Shown: positions 1-8,873, numbered from the stretch's first letter. The stretch: 58,816 nucleotides of DNA from Bdellovibrionales bacterium (GCA_031370005.1 JANMPT010000112.1:1-58816), one strand, 5' to 3'. Notes: a model not told the origin generated them from the letters alone. A program made the numbers and translations.

Positions 1-5
1 ACTCT

Positions 6-527
6 ATGCAGTCCGCCCTCGTCACGAAGCAGTACCACTACGAGCGTCACAAGCCTGAAGAAACAGTTCTCTACAAAATCATACAAGAAAACCTCGCTAG
101 CTTCCTGGAGGAGTTCACTCAAGAGACCGGGAGCAGTCTTCGGACTTCGTGGTGAAGGAGTTTAACGAGTATCTACGCTGCGGGATCTTGGCCCACGGGT
201 TTTTGCGCAATCAGTGCGAGAACTGCCATAAAGAACATAAGGCTTAATGGTGTACAAGCTTAAGAAGGCCTACGATGACGGCACTACTCACATCATGATG
301 GAGCCAATCGAGCTTCTGGAAAAACTCTCTGCGATCATCCCCAGGCCTCGGGCTGCGGGGGCTGTGGCGGAAAAATGAGAATTATCGCCGCAGTTGAGGA
401 CCCCCAAGTTATCAAAAAAATCCTGGACCATCTGGGCTTGACATCAACTCCACCTTTAGTCAAAGCCGCCCGAGGACCTCCGATATCGGAGTGGGGCGAC
501 GATCAGCAAACATTTTTTGAGGAGTAA
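6..527 (+). pseudogene. IS91/ISCR-like (HUH) transposase remnant made of three spliced pieces
   Basis: Manual translation. 6-238 gives MQSALVTKQYHYERHKPEETVLY...EFNEYLRCGILAHGFLRNQCENCHKEH, with a 1-nt frameshift near 140. 241-351 gives YKLKKAYDDGTTHIMMEPIELLEKLSAIIPRPR. 354-527 gives CGGCGGKMRIIAAVEDPQVIKKILDHLGL...ARGPP...*. These match the N-terminal Zn-binding, late and C-terminal blocks of ISCR/IS91-like transposases. The HUH core is missing. Confidence 0.85.
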
Positions 528-1179
528 AGCCTATACCCTGAGCGGAGAGTTTATAAATACTCTCACGGTGACAGATCTTTACTCGGGTTGGACGGAAAAC
601 CGTGCAATGTTAACCAAAACTTCGGAGCAAGTTGTGGGTCAAGTGAAGAAGATTGAAGTGCGTCTGCCCTTTGAAATGAAGGGCTTTGCTTCCGACAATG
701 GCACTGAGTTTTTAAACCAAGATCTACACCGTTATCTGAACAAGAGAGAAAACCCGGTGGAGTTCGTTAGACGCCGTCCGTACAAGAAAAATGACAATGC
801 CCATGTGGAGCAGAAAAACCTCACCCATGTGAGATCTTTGTTTGGCTATACTCGCTACGAAGATCCAGAACTGGTGCAATTGATGAATGAAATTTATCAG
901 GCTTACTGGAACCCACTATGGAATTACTTTACGCCGTGTATGAAGTTAAAGTCCAAGACCCGCATCGGAGGTCGTGTGAAGAAGGAATACGACGCACCAA
1001 AGACTCCGGCGCAAAGGCTTCTGGAATACCCTGCAATACCCCAATGGCAGGCAGGTTACTTGAAGGATCAGCTCAGAGGGCGGAACCCCTTCTGGCTCAA
1101 GCAGCAGCTCGATAAAAAGCTTAAAGAATTTTTTGATCTGGTCGAAAAGAAGAAAGCCACCTCGAAAGTGGCTTCCTAG
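517..1179 (+). pseudogene. N-terminally truncated DDE (rve integrase core) transposase, family usually labelled ISNCY
   Basis: Motifs LSGEFINTLTVTD-YSGWTE, SDNGTEF, RPYKKNDNAHVEQKN, YDAPKTPAQRLL. Homology starts around 538; the first catalytic Asp region and the HTH are absent. Confidence 0.8.
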
Positions 1180-1290
1180 TGACCTCTCAAAGTGTCCTTT
1201 TACTGTGAGTCAATACGATAGTTACAAAAACTTATCTTTTTATAAAAATTTTATGTATTTAAAGGTGTCCAATCAGTGAATTATTGAAGT

Positions 1291-1326
1291 ATTCTTATTG
1301 AGAATACCAGACATTCGTATATTGCT
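1291..1326. promoter_or_regulatory. Putative LysR-type binding site (ATTC-N7-GAAT overlapping GAAT-N7-ATTC), copy 1
   Basis: attcttattgagaataccagacattcgtatattgct contains a T-N11-A dyad and is 30/36 identical to 3301-3336. Confidence 0.55.
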
Positions 1327-1406
1327 ATCGAATTTTTTAAAAAAAATGCTACATTTCGCATCAAGATTAATACAAACAATAACCAATAACAAACAAGGAT
1401 AAACAT

Positions 1407-2126
1407 ATGAAAAATAGAATCGCATTTTTAGCAAGCTTTACGATGAGCCTACTCATACTTTCATCAACAGGTTATGCTGGCGGAGACAGTCATCGACCAC
1501 CTTTTGACGGAGTCACTGGAGGCAGTTGCCATGGCATTGATGGGTCAGAGCGCGCTTGCAGCGGAAGATCTGGTCCAGTGCGAAAACCACGAGCGTTTGT
1601 CGCCTGTAAAAATACCCTTCCTTATGTTCCTGAAATGACGTGTAAAAGAACTGGTGTGCTAGCACCGGCTTTTTCAGGAGTCAATGTGCCTAGCTCTATT
1701 GAGCTTATTAAAGCTAACTGGGTTCAAGATCCCACAGGAAAATCTCGTGGCTTGATTTGCTTAGTAGCCGGTAAGTCTGGGTACGAGGTCCATTATAGTA
1801 TATCAGAAGTAGATCAGCTTTTAGACTCTAGCTCTGGAGTTGCTCTATCGCAAACAGATATTGATGGGTTACCTTTCGCAGGATTAACAACTGAAAATCG
1901 CATTGCATTTAAAAGCTATAATTTTTCCGGTCTTGCACCATTTGTAAAAAATAACTCAGCATTAGAAGCTGCTGCTTATTCTAGAAATGAAGATAATGGA
2001 TTTGCCAACGGATCTAAAATCTCTTACGACGCCAATTCTAATCAAGCGGTTATTAATGGTTATGTTCTTCGTAAGGACTTGAACGTAGAGGGTGTTTTGA
2101 ATAACTTAACTTTCAAATGTAACTAA
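1407..2126 (+). CDS. Secreted hypothetical protein (Cys-containing)
   Basis: 239 aa ORF with Sec signal peptide (..STGYA), AAGGA RBS and downstream terminator; AT-rich. Confidence 0.8.
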   Translation: MKNRIAFLASFTMSLLILSSTGYAGGDSHRPPFDGVTGGSCHGIDGSERACSGRSGPVRKPRAFVACKNTLPYVPEMTCKRTGVLAPAFSGVNVPSSIELIKANWVQDPTGKSRGLICLVAGKSGYEVHYSISEVDQLLDSSSGVALSQTDIDGLPFAGLTTENRIAFKSYNFSGLAPFVKNNSALEAAAYSRNEDNGFANGSKISYDANSNQAVINGYVLRKDLNVEGVLNNLTFKCN

Positions 2127-2158
2127 ATCAATATAATGCGATTAATAAGCATTACTTC

Positions 2159-2189
2159 AGCTCTGTTAGAAATAACAGAGCTTTTTTTT
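2159..2189 (+). terminator. Rho-independent terminator
   Basis: agctctgtta-gaaa-taacagagct followed by a T run. Confidence 0.8.
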
Positions 2190-2223
2190 ATCTATGCCTT
2201 CAATTTTCTATATGCGGCCATTT

Positions 2224-2391
2224 TTATTTATTTTGTATCGCTGCATGATCTGCTTTTTTTAATATAAAAACAAATCGCGAAACTGAAGATTTAGGATCAA
2301 AAAAAAGTTGCCCGCCATGATTTTCTGCAATCTGTTTCGACAAACTCAACCCCAACCTTGTTCCTTCACCCGTAGGTTTTGTGGTCGCAAA
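2224..2391 (-). pseudogene. C-terminal remnant of a sensor histidine kinase (HATPase_c)
   Basis: Manual translation FATTKPTGEGTRLGLSLSKQIAENHGGQLFFDPKSSVSRFVFILKK...* gives the F box/G2 box with GTGLGL changed to GTRLGL. No start codon. Confidence 0.8.
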
Positions 2392-2430
2392 TTAGTACCG
2401 GAATTCAAAACTGAAATAATATCCCTATTT

Positions 2431-3306
2431 TTAAATATCTTTTTTACAAGCCTGCAAAATAACCTCATAAATTCTTTTAACCGCTTTTGATTTCAATTTT
2501 TCCTTATGGCAAATTAATGAAATCTGCGCTTTAACTAAGCTGCCACTGATTTGCTTTAAACCTGAATACTTCTTTGCAACAGAGTTGGGTAGAAGAGCTA
2601 ACGAAAAAGAAGACGCCAATGCTGCCTCAGCACAAAGATCATAATCCTTAATAAAAATATTTTTTAACCGTCCATGCTTTTTAAAAAGTTGATTGGACAC
2701 TTGAGTTTCAGGGTTAATAAAAAAATGAGTCGGAATCTGTCTTAAGTCAGATTGATAGGTCGCTAAAAAATCAGTGCCGATATTTTTTTGGATTATTTCT
2801 GGATTTTTAATTTCAGAAATCACAACACCAAAGTCAATTTCATTTGCCAAAACTTTTCGTGTTATTTGATATGATGGCAGATTATTTACTTCCATCTCAA
2901 GCTGGGGAAACTCAGCACAAATATTATGAATAAGAACTGGCAAGTAAGCTTGGCCAAAAGAAGAATGCAGCCCTATTTTAATAAGCCCCGATGGCGTGTC
3001 TGAATCATTTAACAGAAGATTAAAATTTTCTTCCCATCGTTGCTTTGTATCTTTTACTGCCTTATAAAACCGTTCTCCTTGAACTGTTAAGATAAGACCG
3101 ATATTTTTTCTTTGAAAAAGTTTTTGGCCCAAATCTTGCTCTAAACGATGAATGGCCCTGGATAAGCCAGACTGCTGAATTCCAAGAGTTTCTGCGGCTT
3201 TAGATATATTTAAAGACTCAGCAACAGCTAAAAAGTAGTTAATTTCTTTTTGAAGAGCATCCACATATTTGTACGTATCAAATCTATAAGCTTTTGACAT
3301 ATTCAT
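2431..3306 (-). CDS. LysR family transcriptional regulator
   Basis: HTH NISKAAETLGIQQSGLSRAIHRLEQDLGQKLFQR plus LysR substrate domain. The start may be at 3300. Confidence 0.93.
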   Translation of the reverse strand: MNMSKAYRFDTYKYVDALQKEINYFLAVAESLNISKAAETLGIQQSGLSRAIHRLEQDLGQKLFQRKNIGLILTVQGERFYKAVKDTKQRWEENFNLLLNDSDTPSGLIKIGLHSSFGQAYLPVLIHNICAEFPQLEMEVNNLPSYQITRKVLANEIDFGVVISEIKNPEIIQKNIGTDFLATYQSDLRQIPTHFFINPETQVSNQLFKKHGRLKNIFIKDYDLCAEAALASSFSLALLPNSVAKKYSGLKQISGSLVKAQISLICHKEKLKSKAVKRIYEVILQACKKDI

Positions 3307-3336
3307 TATGAGAATACCAGAAATTCATTTATTGCT
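3301..3336. promoter_or_regulatory. Putative LysR-type binding site, copy 2, overlapping the lysR start
   Basis: attcattatgagaataccagaaattcatttattgct has the same ATTC-N7-GAAT dyad and sits in a typical autoregulatory position. Confidence 0.55.
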
Positions 3337-3345
3337 CTATCAAAA

Positions 3346-3430
3346 TGCACGCGCCGGTTTCGAGAGGGACCACTTCGGGCGTTTTGCCGGTCCCATGGTC
3401 CAGTTGTTAATGCCGGTGTTTGAGGGGCCA
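3346..3430 (+). mobile_element. Probable IS21-type left end
   Basis: Starts with TG at an abrupt AT-to-GC shift. Contains three related units GCCGGT..GG(A/T/G)CCA at 3353-3372, 3386-3402 and 3412-3430, as expected for the multiple terminal repeats of IS21 ends. Confidence 0.5.
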
Positions 3431-3454
3431 GGGAAATTTTTTTAGCATTATTGT

Positions 3455-3866
3455 ATGGAATTATTAAATGCCGAGGCTATGCCTGCCATTGAAGTTCAAT
3501 GTCCTCGCTGTTCGAAGATTTTATTGATTTGCCGTTCTTGTTGGCGGAATCAAAAGTATTGTTCAGATGGATGCTCCGACGAAGCTCGGAAGGAACGATA
3601 TCGCCGAAACCAAAAGACATACCGTGATACGCAGTGTGGTTCTGAGAATCACAAACAGGCCCAGCGCCGCTATCGTCTTCGGAAAAAAAACCAAGATTGA
3701 TCCCCCTACAAAAGCCCTACTGAAACGTGCAATACCTGCGGTTCGTCACGATTGCTGCGTTCTTTGCGGTGGGCAAATTTTTGTCTTCGTAAAGTCAGAA
3801 GCACCGCGCACGAATTTTTTCTCGTTTAGGAGAGATCGATATGCTTTTGCCGGTGGAAGTTCAGGC
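3455..3866 (+). pseudogene. Zn-finger accessory ORF of the kind found upstream of IS21 istA, frameshifted
   Basis: CPRC..ICRSCWRNQKYCSDGC...HKQAQRRYR in 3455-3700. A continuation with CCVLCG lies in another frame after the A8 tract at 3683-3690. Confidence 0.55.
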
Positions 3867-3870
3867 AAAA
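3841..3870 (+). pseudogene. First ~10 codons of a putative istA (MLLPVEVQAK), cut by the IS91-like fragment
   Basis: AGGAG RBS at 3828-3832 and ATG at 3841, in the position where istA would follow the accessory ORF. The sequence switches to the IS91 copy at 3867. Confidence 0.35.
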
Positions 3871-4018
3871 CCTCGCTAGCTTCCTGGAGGAGTTCACTCA
3901 AGAGACCGGGAGCAGTCTTCCGGATTTCGTGGTGAAGGAGTTTAACGAGTATCTACGCTGCGGGATCTTGGCCCACGGGTTTTTGCGCAATCAGTGCGAG
4001 AACTACCATAAAAAACAT
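3867..4018 (+). repeat. Second copy of the IS91-like N-terminal fragment (direct repeat of 88-238)
   Basis: ~151 bp near-identical to 88-238, with 1 indel and 3 substitutions by eye. Confidence 0.95.
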
Positions 4019-4023
4019 CTTGT

Positions 4024-4335
4024 CTGAAAGCGAACAGAATTCACTGGTCAGACGATGACAAGGCCTATGTCGTTTCGGTTGATGAACTTCCTGGCTGCAT
4101 GACTCATGGGGAAACTCTGGAGGACGCCGCTAAAATGGGCCTCGATGCAGTTGAGGGTCATCTTGAAGCATTGATCAAAATGAAACAAAAAGTTCCTGAG
4201 CCAATTTCAAAAATCAAAGTCAGCGGCGATTTCCTTGTTCGAAGCACCCCGGAATTTCACAAAAGACTCATCGAAGAGGCTCATCGAGAGGGATTTAAAA
4301 CTCTGAATAAATATGTCCTTTCTAAACTTGCATAA
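4024..4335 (+). pseudogene. hicB: HicB family antitoxin, orphan, native start apparently lost
   Basis: The frame is open upstream of 4099: KANRIHWSDDDKAYVVSVDELPGCMTHGETLEDA...PEP...SGDFLVRSTPEFHKRL. There is no ATG before 4099 and no hicA. Confidence 0.8.
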
Positions 4336-4558
4336 TCCCAATCTGACACGCTATTTAGAAAGCACTTTAGTTTATACGACAAAGGTCCGATTATTGAGGC
4401 ATAGTAGTGGTCGGAACGGTTGGATAGGAACGAGTATCTACTTTTGAACAGGATCAAATATGGTGTTTAAATGCCCTATACCCTGTTTAATTATTTTATT
4501 TTTAGAAAACCTCATGTAAAAAAAACAGGTAGCCGAAGAGTTAATAACGAGGTGTATC

Positions 4559-4867
4559 TTGAAAAAAGTAGTGCCTAAAAATGAACTTGATATCAATTTT
4601 CCATCACTATTGAGAAGTCTAAGAATAAAGGCAGGACTAAGCCAAGGAGATGTTCAAAAAGCACTCGGCTATAGAAGCTCCCAGTTTATTTCAAACTGGG
4701 AACGCGCACTTGCGATGCCACCCGCAGAAGTCTTCGCAAAACTCGCTGATTTATACAAAATCCCCTTGGACTCTTTTATAGAAATCTATATTCAGTACCG
4801 AGTCCAGGGACTCGAAAATGAAATTCGCTCCAAATTCTCCAAGCCAGCCATTAAGATAGCGGCTTAA
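4559..4867 (+). CDS. XRE family HTH regulator
   Basis: LRSLRIKAGLSQGDVQKALGYRSSQFISNWERALAMPP; GAGGTG RBS before the TTG start. Confidence 0.9.
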   Translation: MKKVVPKNELDINFPSLLRSLRIKAGLSQGDVQKALGYRSSQFISNWERALAMPPAEVFAKLADLYKIPLDSFIEIYIQYRVQGLENEIRSKFSKPAIKIAA

Positions 4868-4987
4868 ATATACACACCAAATCGTCCCAATGCCAACATT
4901 CCATGCTGAATCAATTCGCCACGTATTGACTCGAAAAATTCCAAAAAGTTTACTAGCGAAAAAAAATAAACTCTTTTTCAGAAAAAT

Positions 4988-5416
4988 CTAATTATACGAA
5001 TTAACTTTTTCCCAAATTTCTGAAGATTTCGAATCTAAACAACTAACAGCATAACGAAAATATTGATTTCGCCATTGGCGCTCTGAAAAATCGCGGACTC
5101 GAAGTCCAACTTGTATTTTCATGCCGCAAGCAAATTGCATATCGTCATAAGTTAAATCTGATTTATTTAAATTTGTGATTTGAATAATCTTTTCAGTATA
5201 GGAGCTGGCATCAACCCAGCCGATCACGTGCATAAATTCCAAAACTTCCGCCTGCGTGCGTTTAAACCACATTTTATTAGAACTGACTAAGGCATTTAAT
5301 TGCTCGCTTAAGGCAGAATTTTCTTTGATCTTAGTAAAAATGGAAACTGCGTATCAAAAAAAACCAAAAAGTATTTTGCCAATTGTGTGAGGTCGCATAG
5401 GATCTGTTGAGATCAT
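4988..5416 (-). pseudogene. Hypothetical gene with an in-frame TGA at codon 21 (track ORF 4988-5272 is its 3' part)
   Basis: ATG at 5416 is 2 nt after the PIN gene stop and in frame with 4988-5272; the only stop is at 5354-5356. Confidence 0.35.
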
Positions 5417-5418
5417 TT

Positions 5419-5838
5419 TTACTTTGCAGCAGAGTCCAGGCGATTGAGAAAAGCCGACGGCGATTCAATAATGACACCGTTAAAAGTGCGAAGGGGTAAG
5501 AGGTGTTTTTTATCCCCAGTGATAAGAACATCGCAGCCACCGGCAATGGCCAATTCCAAAACCAAATTATCCGCAGCATGATTGATAAAATGAAATTTCC
5601 CGGTGGAGACAAAAACTGATGATACTTCAGAAATATCATCGAGAAATTGGTCTACTCGCTTGGGTTTTACCCCAAGCTTTGAAACAAGATTCCGGCGGAC
5701 TTCATTTAAAATATTGGGACCAGTGACCAGGTGAAAATCACGACTGAGAGCTTTTTCAAGAATCTTAAGTGGCTTCCCGCCAAAGGCGATTCCAGAAATA
5801 TAGACATTGGCGTCGAGGCAAACGGTGATTTGTTGCAT
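5419..5838 (-). CDS. PIN-domain toxin (PIN_3/VapC-like)
   Basis: VCLDANVYISG, NILNEV, ADNLVLELA, LITGDKKHLL motifs. Confidence 0.9.
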   Translation of the reverse strand: MQQITVCLDANVYISGIAFGGKPLKILEKALSRDFHLVTGPNILNEVRRNLVSKLGVKPKRVDQFLDDISEVSSVFVSTGKFHFINHAADNLVLELAIAGGCDVLITGDKKHLLPLRTFNGVIIESPSAFLNRLDSAAK

Positions 5839-5847
5839 TGCTAGAGT

Positions 5848-6090
5848 CTATTCCTCGAAAGGGCCGCCAAAGTCTTTGGCCGAAACTTTGTTTTTCTTGG
5901 TGGCTGAACGACCCTCGGCAGCCAATGCCTTCAAGTTACGCTGAGCTTGATATTGACGAAAAGCTTCCCTAATAAGCTCACTCACAGTTCTGTGTTCAGC
6001 TTTGGCGACTTTTTCAATTTCTTTTCCCATAGCGACGGGTAAAGATACAGTAATTGTTTTTAAAGATGGCATAAATGACCTCTGTTTCAA
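5848..6090 (-). CDS. RHH/CopG antitoxin
   Basis: TITVSLP..EIEKVAKAEHRTVSELIREAFRQY, directly upstream of the PIN gene. The start is probably the ATG at 6072. Confidence 0.88.
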   Translation of the reverse strand: MKQRSFMPSLKTITVSLPVAMGKEIEKVAKAEHRTVSELIREAFRQYQAQRNLKALAAEGRSATKKNKVSAKDFGGPFEE

Positions 6091-6414
6091 TATAAGAACA
6101 GTTCTTATATATTCTTATTTAATCTTATCCTTTTTTTTGAGGATTTTCTAGATAATCCTTCGTTTTGACGGACAAATGCCTCAGATGTTCCTATTGCCAA
6201 TCCAGCATCCCTATAGCCACCATGCTTTTAACCAAATCCTGCAAATCGCCAGGCAAAAGGGCCTTCGGCTCCGCAATTACTTCAAATTCAGCTTGAAAGA
6301 CCGGCTCAGATCAAAATAGATGGAGTTTGGAAGTGGAAAACGGTTCGTCTACTTCTGTGACTTGCGCACCATTTTTGCGTGAAACATTACGTACACAAGG
6401 GTTCCCGCCCGCCC

Positions 6415-7797
6415 CTAAGGCATCACCAACGAAGAGCGAATAAACGTCTTCGCAGTCATGGTCGGGCGAAACACAAAGGGCAGTTCGTTTTCCATAAAAA
6501 GAAACTCCGTGCTGTCCGCAACTGGATTGCAGTAACCATAAGTTTCTTTATACTTGTGGCCATCGCGCTCGACGATTTCGTCTTCGAAGGAGTACCAAAT
6601 ATAGGTTTGATAGATTATCTCGAAAATTTCGGGGTTTGCGGGATCGGTCGCGTTCATCAACAAGAAAAGCATCTGCGATTTCAGACCTTCTTCGGTTTTA
6701 AGTCCGGACATATTGGGCCAGTTGGCGGGGATCGCCAGGGGTGCCGCTTTTAGGATCGAGCCGAATTTACTGATATACAGTTTTATCTTTTTATTTTTGG
6801 CGGTCAGCGGGTACGAAAATTCTTCGTTCAGTTCGCGCTGGTCGGACTGGCGCTGAATCGTCAGTTTCAGGTATAGCGTCTTGATGCTGGCGATGGGACC
6901 GTAGGCCGCATCGCGGATATCCGCGACCACGGTGGTTTTGCAGGTCGATTGGCTAACGCTGCCATTAAACTGGCAGAATTTCGGAAACGAATCCGACCAC
7001 TGATGCTTTTTCAACATGCGCACTAAAACTTGCGGGTCGATCTCAAGCTCGGTGCTTTCCGAGGCCGCCCCCGAACTTTCAAAGCGTTTGTCGAAGTCAT
7101 TGTTCTTGGCCATCACCGCAAAGTTCTGGGCGGTCAACGCGTCTTTTTGAGACCACAGCCAGGCCGTGACGTTGCGGATTTTTTGATGATCTTCGTCGTT
7201 CAGTGGACGATACACTTCGGGGCGGAACATTTTCCAGCTGCTGGCGGCGGTGGTATCGCCGGGGCAGCTGCCAGAGATTTTGCACATGTCTTCGATGGTC
7301 AGGTATTTCATCAGGTAAAACCCCATGACCATTTCGTGCAAAAGCAATTTGGCTTTTTCTTCTTTGGCCATGCCGTTGTACGAAGTCGCATCGATAAAGA
7401 CTTCGTGGCTGGTGTGGATTGCGGTCTGGTAAGTCTCGAGGTAAAGCCCTTTGCGCTCTTTCGGGATGTCTTGCAGTTTGCAGTCGACGATGTACCAATT
7501 TTTTATTTTGGGCGTAAAGGCAAAGGGCGATGCTGAAGTGCCCCCGGCTTTGTCTTGGGCCGTGATTTTATCCAGAATCGGTTGGATCAGGTCTTTGTAT
7601 TCGGGCAAGGTGGTGATGTCGACTTTATAGCTCTCGATCATCTTGCCGTTGCAGGTGTCGCCCCCGCCGCCATCGCTGGGGCCTTGCAGGGTGTTGCCAC
7701 TGGCGGCCACCGGCGTGGCTGGATCCTGTCCACTTTTTTGACAAGCGGATAAAAAGGTCAGGGTGATCAGAGCTAAAAGTGCGAGGTTGAGTCTCAT
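6415..7797 (-). CDS. Lipoprotein of unknown function
   Basis: Lipobox LSAC, GGGGD motif, LLLHE motif, several Cys, GC-rich codons. Confidence 0.85.
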   Translation of the reverse strand: MRLNLALLALITLTFLSACQKSGQDPATPVAASGNTLQGPSDGGGGDTCNGKMIESYKVDITTLPEYKDLIQPILDKITAQDKAGGTSASPFAFTPKIKNWYIVDCKLQDIPKERKGLYLETYQTAIHTSHEVFIDATSYNGMAKEEKAKLLLHEMVMGFYLMKYLTIEDMCKISGSCPGDTTAASSWKMFRPEVYRPLNDEDHQKIRNVTAWLWSQKDALTAQNFAVMAKNNDFDKRFESSGAASESTELEIDPQVLVRMLKKHQWSDSFPKFCQFNGSVSQSTCKTTVVADIRDAAYGPIASIKTLYLKLTIQRQSDQRELNEEFSYPLTAKNKKIKLYISKFGSILKAAPLAIPANWPNMSGLKTEEGLKSQMLFLLMNATDPANPEIFEIIYQTYIWYSFEDEIVERDGHKYKETYGYCNPVADSTEFLFMENELPFVFRPTMTAKTFIRSSLVMP

Positions 7798-7829
7798 CGT
7801 TAAGTCCTTTGCAATGCAAGATTCGTTCT

Positions 7830-8411
7830 CTAGAACAAGTAGCCAAGGGCGATGTTGAAGCCCACCGTGCGGTAGCCCATTTCGATCAAGGTTCTATCAT
7901 CTGCGGCCAATCCCGAAGTCTGCACTGATTTGCCGCCGCTCAGGATGTAGCGGTAAGAAAGCTCGGTGTCCAAAGTGATGTGGTTCTTGAACACATCGCG
8001 AATCCCGACGCTGGCCAGGCCGAACCATTTCGGATCGAGTTCGTAAATGCGCTGCTGTTGGTTTTCTGTGAGGGTCATCGTGGTTTTACTAGCGTACTGC
8101 AGGCTAAGGCCGCCGTAATTGTGGCTGTCGCATTCAAACAAGAAAAGGCATTTGTCCCAGAAGGTGCCCGAGGTGTTGAACTTGTCGCCAAAGTATTTGT
8201 AACCCACTGTCGTGGTGGCACCAACAAAGTCCACGCCGAAGGCGATGGAAATGGCGTCGTGGGGCGAATAGAAACGATCCACCGAAAAACCCACGATCCC
8301 GCGGCTGCCAAACACACCGACCCCGCCTTGCAGATTGATATCTTTATCTTGGAGAGCCAAGGCGCTGACCGAAATCATCATTATCGAAAAAATCAAAATT
8401 AAGTTTTTCAT
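7830..8411 (-). CDS. Small outer-membrane beta-barrel protein
   Basis: Signal peptide, alternating beta strands, C-terminal LGYLF. Confidence 0.75.
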   Translation of the reverse strand: MKNLILIFSIMMISVSALALQDKDINLQGGVGVFGSRGIVGFSVDRFYSPHDAISIAFGVDFVGATTTVGYKYFGDKFNTSGTFWDKCLFLFECDSHNYGGLSLQYASKTTMTLTENQQQRIYELDPKWFGLASVGIRDVFKNHITLDTELSYRYILSGGKSVQTSGLAADDRTLIEMGYRTVGFNIALGYLF

Positions 8412-8429
8412 ACATCTACCTTTGTTAAA

Positions 8430-8450
8430 GGCGGGACTTGCAGTCCCGCC
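8430..8450 (-). terminator. Intra-operon hairpin (weak terminator or mRNA stabiliser)
   Basis: ggcgggact-tgc-agtcccgcc, perfect 9 bp stem with only a short T tail. Confidence 0.5.
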
Positions 8451-8459
8451 CGGAAAGAA

Positions 8460-8873
8460 TTAAAGTTCGCGGCACATCATCGCCACACCGTTGGCCAATA
8501 AGAAGGGAGTTACGCCCTGGTAAGAGTTGGCGATCGCCACGTCGGTGTAACCAATTTCATTCTTAGCATTGCGTTTGACCTTGCCGGCGAACAACTGGGG
8601 TTTTTGATCCGAGAAAGAGACGCTTAAAACGATGCTGCCATTGACCACCTTAGCCAACTGATCGGGGGTAAGGGTGTCACGGCTCAAGAGCGTTCCATCT
8701 TTCAACAGAAAGTAAAAGTTGGGTTTGCTCAGGTCCACCTTTTCCCAGAACAAGAGCTTGTTGTAAATTTGCGAGCCCGGAGTTGTTTCGACATTGGCGC
8801 CACAGTAGATGTCGGCGGCCGAAGCGATTTGGGCACTCATCACGGTCAAAATTGCGATCAATAGATTCTTCAT
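8460..8873 (-). CDS. Secreted hypothetical protein
   Basis: Signal peptide ending ASA, terminal Cys pair, AGGAG RBS. Confidence 0.8.
   Translation of the reverse strand: MKNLLIAILTVMSAQIASAADIYCGANVETTPGSQIYNKLLFWEKVDLSKPNFYFLLKDGTLLSRDTLTPDQLAKVVNGSIVLSVSFSDQKPQLFAGKVKRNAKNEIGYTDVAIANSYQGVTPFLLANGVAMMCREL

Noticed and set aside
1190..1215. Right terminal repeat of the rve-type element
   Set aside because: Plausible by position, but the left end is lost, so no inverted partner can confirm it.
5354..5356. TGA recoding (selenocysteine or alternative code)
   Set aside because: TGA is a normal stop in other genes here, and no SECIS-like hairpin or redox context was seen.
6130..6400. Possible gene or IS fragment between the antitoxin and the lipoprotein
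   Set aside because: The frames I translated gave no recognisable motif.
7320..7350. LLLHEMVM as a zinc metalloprotease site
   Set aside because: The second His of HExxH is missing, so protease activity cannot be claimed.
7813..7830. Sigma54-like site upstream of the 6415-7797 lipoprotein (AGAAC-N5-TTGCA)
   Set aside because: Lacks the invariant GG at -24.
6379..8402. Long plus-strand ORFs (6379-6753, 7030-7536, 7980-8402)
   Set aside because: Antisense shadows of GC-rich real genes, with no motifs or RBS.
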